DNA of 64,000 nt. Source: the human T2T-CHM13v2.0 reference genome, Homo sapiens. The translations under genes were made by a program, and so were the position numbers. Within the stretch, counting starts at the first letter, position 1, and every line of letters starts with the position of its first letter. The notes beneath the pieces are model-generated. The model saw nothing but the letters and a program-made list of their open reading frames with translations. It was not told where the DNA came from and did not search any database. The stretch is from the NCBI RefSeq assembly GCF_009914755.1, contig NC_060935.1. One strand, 5' to 3'. This document shows, piece by piece, positions 54,726-64,000 of this stretch.

Positions 54726-57700
54726 CAATTCTTAGTGATCATTGCATTGAACTAACAGAGCTGAACATTCCTTTAGATGGCGCAGTTTCCAAACACACTT
54801 TCTGTAGAAACTGCAAGTGGATATTTGGACCTCTCTGAGGATTTCGTTGGAAACGGGATAAACTTCCCAGAACTACACGGAAGCATTCTGAGAAACTTCT
54901 TTGTGATGTTTGCATTCAACTCACAGAGTTGAACCTTGCTTTCATAGTTCAGCTTTCAAACCCTCTTTTTGTAGAATCTGCAAGTGGATATTTGGACCAC
55001 TTTGTGGCCTTCCTTCGAAACGGGTATATCTTCACATCAAACCTAGACAGAAGCATTCTCAGAATGTTTCCTGTGATGACTGCATTCAACTCACAGAGGT
55101 GAACAATCCTGCTGATGGAGGAGTTTTGAAACTCTCTTTCTTTGGATTCTGCAAGTGGATATGTGGACCTCTGTGAAGATTTCGTTGGAAACGGGTTCAT
55201 CTTCACAGAAAAACTAAACAGAAGCATTCTCAGAAACTGCTTTGTGATGTTTGTGTTCCACTTCAGGAATTGAACTTTCCTCTTGACAGAGCAGCTCTGA
55301 AACCCTCTTATTCTAGAATCTGCAAGTGGACATTTGGAGGGCTTTGAGGCTTGTGGTGGAAAAGGAAAATCTTCACATAAAAACTAGATGGAAGCATTCT
55401 CAGAAACTACTTTGTGATGATTGCATTCGACTCACAGAGTTGAACATTCCTATAGATAGAGCAGGTTGTAAACAATCTTTTTCTAGAATCTGCTATTGGA
55501 GATTTGGACTGCTTTGAGGCCTACTGTAGTAAAGGAAATAACTTCATCTAAAAACCAAACGGAAGCATTCACAGACAATTCTCAGTGATCATTGGATTGA
55601 ACTAACAGAGCTGAACATTCCTTTAGATGGAGCAGTTTCCAAACAAACTTTCTGTAGAATCTGCAAGTGGATATTTGGACTTCTCTGAGAATTTCGTTGG
55701 AAAAGGGATAAACTTCCCAGAACTACACGGAAGCATTGTGAGAAACTTCTTTGTGATGTTTGCATTCAACTCACAGAGTTGAACCTTGCTTTCATAGTTC
55801 AGCTTTCAAACACTCTTTTTGTAGAATCTGCAAGTGGATATTTGGACCACTTTGTGGCCTTCCTTCGAAACGGGTATATCTTCACATCAAACCTAGACAG
55901 AAGCATTCTCAGAATGTTTCCTGTGATGACTGCATTCAACTCACAGAGGTGAACAATCCTGCTGATGGAGCAGTTTTGAAACTCTCTTTCTTTGGATTCT
56001 GCATGTGGATATGTTGACCTCTGTGAAGATTTCGTTGGAAACGGGTTCATCTTCACAGAAAAACTAAACAGGAGCATTCTCAGAAACTGCTTTGTGATGT
56101 TTGTGTTCCACTTCAAGAATTGAACTTTCCTCTTGACAGAGCAGCTCTGAAACCCTCTTTTTCTAGAATCTGCAAGTGGACATTTGGAGGGCTTTGAGGC
56201 CTGTGGTGGAAAAGGAAAATCTTCACATAAAAACTAGATGGAAGCATTCTCAGAAACTACTTTGTGATGATTGCATTCGACTCACAGAGTTGAACATTCC
56301 TATAGATAGAGCAGGTTGTAAACAATCTTTTTGTAGAATCTGCGATTGGAGATTTGGACTGCTTTGAGGCCTACTGTAGTAAAGGAAATAACTTCATCTA
56401 AAAACCAAACGGAAGCATTCACAGACAATTCTTAGTGATCATTGCATTGAACTAACAGAGCTGAACATTCCTTTAGATGGCGCAGTTTCCAAACACACTT
56501 TCTGTAGAATGTGCAAGTGGATATTTGGAGCTCTCTGAGGATTTCGTTGGAAACGGGATAAACTTCCCAGAACTACACGGAAGCATGCTGAGAAACTTCT
56601 TTGTGATGTTTGCATTCAACTCACAGAGTTGAACCTTGCTTTCATAGTTCAGCTTTCAAACACTCTTTTTGTAGAATCTGCAAGTGGATATTTGGACCAC
56701 TTTGTGGCCTTCCTTCGAAACGGGTATATCTTCACATCAAACCTAGACAGAAGCATTCTCAGAATGTTTCCTGTGATGACTGCATTCAACTCACAGAGGT
56801 GAACAATCCTGCTGATGGAGCAATTTTGAAACTCTCTTTCTTTGGATTCTGCAAGTGGATATGTGGACCTCTGTGAAGATTTCGTTGGAAACGGGTTCAT
56901 CTTCACAGAAAAACTAAACAGAAGCATTCTCAGAAACTGCTTTGTGATGTTTGTGTTCCACTTCAGGAATTGAACTTTCCTCTTGACAGAGCAGCTCTGA
57001 AACCCTCTTATTCTAGAATCTGCAAGTGGACATTGGGAGGGCTTTGAGGCCTGTGGTGGAAAAGGAAAATCTTCACATAAAAACTAGATGGAAGCATTCT
57101 CAGAAACTACTTTGTGATGATTGCATTCGACTCACAGAGTTGAACATTCCTATAGATAGAGCAGGTTGTAAACAATCTTTTTGTAGAATCTGCGATTGGA
57201 GATTTGGACTGCTTTGAGGCCTACTGTAGTAAAGGAAATAACTTCATCTAAAAACCAAACGGAAGCATTCACAGACAATTCTTAGTGATCATTGCATTGA
57301 ACTAACAGAGCTGAACATTCCTTTAGATGGCGCAGTTTCCAAACACACTTTCTGTAGAATCTGCAAGTGGATATTTGGACTTCTCTGAGGATTTCGTTGG
57401 AAACGGGATAAACTTCCCAGAACTACACGGAAGCATTGTGAGAAACTTCTTTGTGATGTTTGCATTCAACTCACAGAGTTGAAACTTGCTTTCATAGTTC
57501 AGCTTTCAAACACTCTTTTTGTAGAATCTGCAAGTGGATATTTGGACCACTTTATGGCCTTCCTTCGAAACGGGTATATCTTCACATCAAACCTAGACAT
57601 AAGCATTCTCAGAATGTTTCCTGTGAAGACTGCATTCAACTCACAGAGATGAACAATCCTGTTGATGGAGCACTTTGGAAACTCTCTTTCTTTGGATTCT

Positions 57701-58125
57701 GCAAGTTGATATGTGGACCTCTGTGAAGATTTCGTTGGAAACGGGTTCATCTTCACAGAAAAACTAAACAGAAGCATTCTCAAAAACTACTTTGTGATGT
57801 TTGTGTTCCACTTCAAGAATTGAACTTTCCTCTTGACAGAGCAGTTCTGAAAACCTCTTTTTCTAGAATCTGCAAGTGGACATTTGGAGGGCTTTGAGGC
57901 CTGTGGTGGAAAAGGAAAATCTTCACATAAAAACTAGATGGAAGCATTCTCAGAAACTACTTTGTGATGATTGCATTCGACTCACAGAGTTGAACATTCC
58001 TATAGATAGAGCAGGTTGTAAACAATCTTTTTGTAGAATCTGCGATTGGAGATTCGGACTGCTTTGAGGCCTACTGTAGTAAAGGAAATAACTTCATCTA
58101 AAAACCAAACGGAAGCATTCACAGA

Positions 58126-58805
58126 CAATTCTTAGTGATCATTGCATTGAACTAACAGAGCTGAACATTCCTTTACATGGCGCAGTTTCCAAACACACTT
58201 TCTGTAGAATCTGCAAGTGGATATTTGGACCTCTCTGAGGATTTCGTTGGAAACGGGATAAACTTCCCAGAACTACACGGAAGCATGCTGAGAAACTTCT
58301 TTGTGATGTTTGCATTCAACTCACAGAGTTGAACCTTGCTTTCATAGTTCAGCTTTCAAACACTCTTTTTGTAGAATCTGCAAGTGGATATTTGGACCAC
58401 TTTGTGGCCTTCCTTCGAAACGGGTATATCTTCACATCAAACCTAGACAGAAGCATTCTCAGAATGTTTCCTGTGATGACTGCATTCAACTCACAGAGGT
58501 GAACAATCCTGCTGATGGAGCAGTTTTGAAACTCTCTTTCTTTGGATTCTGCAAGTGGATATGTGGACCTCTGTGAAGATTTCGTTGGAAACGGGTTCAT
58601 CTTCACAGAAAAACTAAACAGAAGCATTCTCAGAAACTACTTTGTGATGATTGCATTCGACTCACAGAGTTGAACATTCCTATAGATAGAGCAGGTTGTA
58701 AACAATCTTTTTGTAGAATCTGCGATTGGAGATTTGGACTGCTTTGAGGCATACTGTAGTAAAGGAAATAACTTCATCTAAAAACCAAACGGAAGCATTC
58801 ACAGA
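58126..58805 (+). repeat. 680-bp tetramer HOR variant
   Basis: Same junction at 58621-58649; spacing 58310 to 58990 = 680. Confidence 0.95.
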
Positions 58806-59485
58806 CAATTCTTAGTGATCATTGCATTGAACTAACAGAGCTGAACATTCCTTTAGATGGCGCAGTTTCCAAACACACTTTCTGTAGAAACTGCAAGTGG
58901 ATATTTGGACCTCTCTGAGGATTTCGTTGGAAACGGGATAAACTTCCCAGAACTACACGGAAGCATTCTGAGAAACTTCTTTGTGATGTTTGCATTCAAC
59001 TCACAGAGTTGAACCTTGCTTTCATAGTTCAGCTTTCAAACCCTCTTTTTGTAGAATCTGCAAGTGGATATTTGGACCACTTTGTGGCCTTCCTTCGAAA
59101 CGGGTATATCTTCACATCAAACCTAGACAGAAGCATTCTCAGAATGTTTCCTGTGATGACTGCATTCAACTCACAGAGGTGAACAATCCTGCTGATGGAG
59201 GAGTTTTGAAACTCTCTTTCTTTGGATTCTGCAAGTGGATATGTGGACCTCTGTGAAGATTTCGTTGGAAACGGGTTCATCTTCACAGAAAAACTAAACA
59301 GAAGCATTCTCAGAAACTACTTTGTGATGATTGCATTCGACTCACAGAGTTGAACATTCCTATAGATAGAGCAGGTTGTAAACAATCTTTTTGTAGAATC
59401 TGCGATTGGAGATTTGGACTGCTTTGAGGCCTACTGTAGTAAAGGAAATAACTTCATCTAAAAACCAAACGGAAGCATTCACAGA
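58806..59485 (+). repeat. 680-bp tetramer HOR variant on a different SNV background, adjacent to the previous tetramer
   Basis: Junction at 59301-59329; spacing 58990 to 59670 = 680. It lacks the gcatact marker carried by the other four. Confidence 0.93.
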
Positions 59486-62400
59486 CAATTCTTAGTGATC
59501 ATTGGATTGAACTAACAGAGCTGAACATTCCTTTAGACGGCGCAGTTTCCAAACACACTTTCTGTAGAATCTGCAAGTGGATATTTGGACCTCTCTGAGG
59601 ATTTCGTTGGAAACGGGATAAACTTCCCAGAACTACACGGAAGCATGCTGAGAAACTTCTTTGTGATGTTTGCATTCAACTCACAGAGTTGAACCTTGCT
59701 TTCATAGTTCAGCTTTCAAACACTCTTTTTGTAGAATCTGCAAGTGGATATTTGGACCACTTTGTGGCCTTCCTTCGAAACGGGTATATGTTCACATCAA
59801 ACCTAGACAGAAGCATTCTCAGAATGTTTCCTGTGATGACTGCATTCAACTCACAGAGGTGAACAATCCTGCTGATGGAGCAGTTTTGAAACTCTCTTTC
59901 TTTGGATTCTGCAAGTGGATATGTGGACCTCTGTGAAGATTTCGTTGGAAACGGGTTCATCTTCACAGAAAAACTAAACAGAAGCATTCTCAGAAACTGC
60001 TTTGTGATGTTTGTGTTCCACTTCAGGAATTGAACTTTCCTCTTGACAGAGCAGCTCTGAAACCCTCTTATTCTAGAATCTGCAAGTGGACATTTGGAGG
60101 GCTTTGAGGCCTGTGGTGGAAAAGGAAAATCTTCACATAAAAACTAGATGGAAGCATTCTCAGAAACTACTTTGTGATGATTGCATTCGACTCACAGAGT
60201 TGAACATTCCTATAGATAGAGCAGGTTGTAAACAATCTTTTTGTAGAATCTGCGATTGGAGATTTGGACTGCTTTGAGGCCTACTGTAGTAAAGGAAATA
60301 ACTTCATCTAAAAACCAAACGGAAGCATTCACAGACAATTCTTAGTGATCATTGCATTGAACTAACAGAGCTGAACATTCCTTTACATGGCGCAGTTTCC
60401 AAACACACTTTCTGTAGAATCTGCAAGTGGATATTTGGACCTCTCTGAGGATTTCGTTGGAAACGGGATAAACTTCCCAGAACTACACGGAAGCATTGTG
60501 AGAAACTTCTTTGTGATGTTTGCATTCAACTCACAGAGTTGAACCTTGCTTTCATAGTTCAGCTTTCAAACCCTCTTTTTGTAGAATCTGCAAGTGGATA
60601 TTTGGACCACTTTGTGGCCTTCCTTCGAAACGGATATATCTTCACATCAAACCTAGACAGAAGCATTCTCAGAATGTTTCCTGTCATGACTGCATTCAAC
60701 TCCCTGAGGTGAACAATCCTGCTGATGGAGCAGTTTTGAACCTCTCTTTCTTTGGATTCTGCAAGTGGATATGTGTACCACTGTGAAGATTTCGTTGGAA
60801 ACGGGTTCATCTTCACAGAAAAACTAAACAGAAGCATTCTCAGAAACTGCTTTGTGATGTTTGTGTTCCACTTCAGGAATTGAACTTTCCTCTTGACAGA
60901 GCAGCTCTGAAACCCTCTTTTTCTAGAATCTGCAAGTGGACATTTGGAGGGCTTTGAGGCCTGTGGTGGAAAAGGAAAATCTTCACATAAAAACTTTATG
61001 GAAGCATTCTCAGAAACTTCTTTGTGATCATTGCATTCGACTCACAGAGTTGAACATTCCTATAGATAGAGCAGGTTGTAAACAATCTTTTTGTAGAATC
61101 TGCGATTGGAGATTTGGACTGCTTTGAGGCCTACTGTAGTAAAGGAAATAACTTCATCTAAAAACCAAACGGAAGCATTCACAGACAATTCTTAGTGATC
61201 ATTGCATTGAACTAACAGAGCTGAACATTCCTTTAGATGGAGCAGTTTCCAAACACACTTTCTGTAGAATCTGCAAGTGGATATTTGGACTTCTCTGAGG
61301 ATTTCGTTGGAAACGGGATAAACTTCCCAGAACTACACGGAAGCATTGTGAGAAACTTCTTTGTGATGTTTGCATTCAACTCACAGAGTTGAACCTTGCT
61401 TTCATAGTTCAGCTTTCAAACACTCTTTTTGTAGAATCTGCAAGTGGATATTTGGACCACATTGTGGCCTTCCTTCGAAACGGGTATATCTTCCCATCAA
61501 ACCTAGACAGAAGCATTCTCAGAATGTTTCCTGTGATGACTGCATTCAACTCACAGAGGTGAACAATCCTGTTGATGGAGCACTTTTGAAACTCTCTTTC
61601 TTTGGATTCTGCAAGTAGATATGTGGACCTCTGTGAAGATTTCGTTGGAAACGGGTTCATCTTCACAGAAAAACTAAACAGAAGCATTCTCAGAAACTAC
61701 TTTGTGATGTTTGTGTTCCACTTCAAGAATTGAACTTTCCTCTTGACAGAGCAGCTCTGAAACCCTCTTTTTCTAGAATCTGCAAGTGGACATTTGGAGG
61801 GCTTTGAGGCCTGTGGTGGAAAAGGAAAATCTTCACATAAAAACTAGATGGAAGCATTCTCAGAAACTACTTTGTGATGATTGCATTCGACTCACAGAGT
61901 TGAACATTCCTATAGATAGAGCAGGTTGTAAACAATCTTTTTGTAGAATCTGCGATTGGAGATTTGGACTGCTTTGAGGCCTACTGTAGTAATGGAAATT
62001 ACTTCATCTAAAAACCAAACGGAAGCATTCACAGACAATTCTTAGTGATCATTGCATTGAACTAACAGAGCTGAACATTCCTTTAGATGGAGCAGTTTCC
62101 AAACACACTTTCTGTAGAACCTGCAAGTGGATATTTGGACCTCTCTGAGGATTTCGTTGGAAACGGGATAAACTTCCCAGAACTACACGGAAGCATTCTG
62201 AGAAACTTCTTTGTGATGTTTGCATTCAACTCACAGAGTTGAACCTTGCTTTCATAGTTCAGCTTTCAAACCCTCTTTTTGTAGAATCTGCAAGTGGATA
62301 TTTGGACCACTTTGTGGCCTTCCTTCGAAACGGGTATATCTTCACATCAAACCTAGACAGAAGCATTCTCAGAATGTTTCCTGTGATGACTGCATTCAAC

Positions 62401-64000
62401 TCACAGAGGTGAACAATCCTGCTGATGGAGGAGTTTTGAAACTCTCTTTCTTTGGATTCTGCAAGTGGATATGTGGACCTCTGTGAAGATTTCGTTGGAA
62501 ACCGCTTCATCTTCACAGAAAAACTAAACAGAAGCATTCTCAGAAACTGCTTTGTGATGTTTGTGTTCCACTTCAGGAATTGAACTTTCCTCTTGACAGA
62601 GCAGCTCTGAAACCCTCTTATTCTAGAATCTGCAAGTGGACATTTGGAGGGCTTTGAGGCCTGTGGTGGAAAAGGAAAATCTTCACATAAAAACTAGATG
62701 GAAGCATTCTCAGAAACTACTTTGTGATGATTGCATTCGACTCACAGAGTTGAACATTCCTATAGATAGAGCAGGTTGTAAACAATCTTTTTCTAGAATC
62801 TGCTATTGGAGATTTGGACTGCTTTGAGGCCTACTGTAGTAAAGGAAATAACTTCATCTAAAAACCAAACGGAAGCATTCACAGACAATTCTCAGTGATC
62901 ATTGGATTGAACTAACAGAGCTGAACATTCCTTTAGATGGAGCAGTTTCCAAACAAACTTTCTGTAGAATCTGCAAGTGGATATTTGGACTTCTCTGAGA
63001 ATTTCGTTGGAAAAGGGATAAACTTCCAGAACTACACGGAAGCATTGTGAGAAACTTCTTTGTGATGTTTGCATTCAACTCACAGAGTTGAACCTTGCTT
63101 TCATAGTTCAGCTTTCAAACACTCTTTTTGTAGAATCTGCAAGTGGATATTTGGACCACTTTGTGGCCTTCCTTCGAAACGGGTATATCTTCACATCAAA
63201 CCTAGACAGAAGCATTCTCAGAATGTTTCCTGTGATGACTGCATTCAACTCACAGAGGTGAACAATCCTGCTGATGGAGCAGTTTTGAAACTCTCTTTCT
63301 TTGGATTCTGCATGTGGATATGTTGACCTCTGTGAAGATTTCGTTGGAAACGGGTTCATCTTCACAGAAAAACTAAACAGGAGCATTCTCAGAAACTGCT
63401 TTGTGATGTTTGTGTTCCACTTCAAGAATTGAACTTTCCTCTTGACAGAGCAGCTCTGAAACCCTCTTTTTCTAGAATCTGCAAGTGGACATTTGGAAGG
63501 ATTTGAGGCCTGTGGTGGAAAAGGAAAATCTTCACATAAAAACTAGATGGAAGCATTCTCAGAAACTACTTTGTGATGATTGCATTCGACTCACAGAGTT
63601 GAACATTCCTATAGATAGAGCAGGTTGTAAACAATCCTTTTGTAGAATCTGCGATTGGAGATTTGGACTGCTTTGAGGCCTACTGTAGTAAAGGAAATAA
63701 CTTCATCTAAAAACCAAACGGAAGCATTTACAGACAATTCTTAGTGATCATTGGATTGAACTAACAGAGCTGAACATTCCTTTAGATGGAGCAGTTTCCA
63801 AACCCACTTTCTGTAGAATCTGCAAGTGGATATTTGGACTTCTCTGAGGATTTCGTTGGAAACGGGATAAACTTCCCAGAACTACAGGGAAGCATTGTGA
63901 GAAATTTCTTTGTGATGTTTGCATTCAACTCACAGAGTTGAACCTTGCTTTCATAGTTCAGCTTTCAAACACTCTTTTTGTAGAATCTGCAAGTGGATAT

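Larger units (their letters stand above)
52950..59320 (+). repeat. Second block of the 4080-bp 24-mer super-repeat, ~1.5 copies
   Basis: The pairs 53380/57460, 54230/58310 and 54910/58990 are offset by 4080. The block is 11558 bp from the first block. Confidence 0.9.
1..64000 (+). repeat. Alpha-satellite higher-order repeat array, 850-bp pentamer (~76 units); most likely human chr11 D11Z1 / S3C11H1L (SF3)
   Basis: Alphoid motifs (gaagcattctcagaaact, tgcattcaactcacagagttgaac, tagaatctgcaagtggatatttgg) recur every ~170 bp. The unit start caattcttagtgatcattg recurs at 1, 851 and onward. The same ORF-track anchor recurs at 185, 1035, 1884 ... 63069 with 848-851 bp spacing (680 in five units). 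An 850-bp XbaI pentamer is the established D11Z1 unit. Alpha-satellite call ~0.99; chromosome assignment ~0.85. Confidence 0.97.

Noticed and set aside
185-63676. Recurrent 60-145 aa ORFs on both strands (MHSTHRVEP..., MLLFSFSVK..., MDIWRALRP...)
   Set aside because: They are translations of the satellite and recur at the HOR period. Many begin at non-ATG codons (TTG at 185, GTG at 601). They overlap in antisense, are freely broken by stops and frameshifts, and resemble no protein family I recognise.
1-64000. CRISPR-like or other repeat-spacer system
   Set aside because: There are no unique spacers. Sequence between conserved motifs is itself repeated every 850 bp, and no cas-like or other genes are present.
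1-64000. Transposon insertion, inversion or non-satellite island
   Set aside because: Anchor spacing is 848-851 or 680 bp throughout, leaving no room for an insertion. All motifs stay on the same strand, and no poly-A tails or target-site duplications were seen.

Overview
The whole 64 kb is one uninterrupted, single-orientation array of primate alpha-satellite DNA. It is built from ~170-bp monomers arranged as an 850-bp pentameric higher-order repeat (HOR), about 76 copies. The pentamer, the usual one XbaI site per unit and the B-B-B-A-A monomer order fit suprachromosomal family 3, most likely the human chromosome 11 centromeric array D11Z1 (S3C11H1L); this assignment comes from pattern recognition, not a database search. 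I see no genes, RNA genes, transposon insertions or inversions, and the ORF track only reflects the repeat period. I found no evidence for a new protein-coding system. The interesting signal is internal structure. (1) Five 680-bp tetramer HOR variants delete one A-type monomer and probably have two independent origins. (2) Nested super-repeats occur at 1.7, 2.55, 4.08, 5.95 and 11.56 kb, with an echo at 55.2 kb. (3) CENP-B box decay is asymmetric between box positions, giving locally box-poor (29.4-32.4 and 35.3-38.4 kb) and box-rich (58.2-60.0 kb) patches. All counts and boundaries were made by eye and need alignment to confirm.
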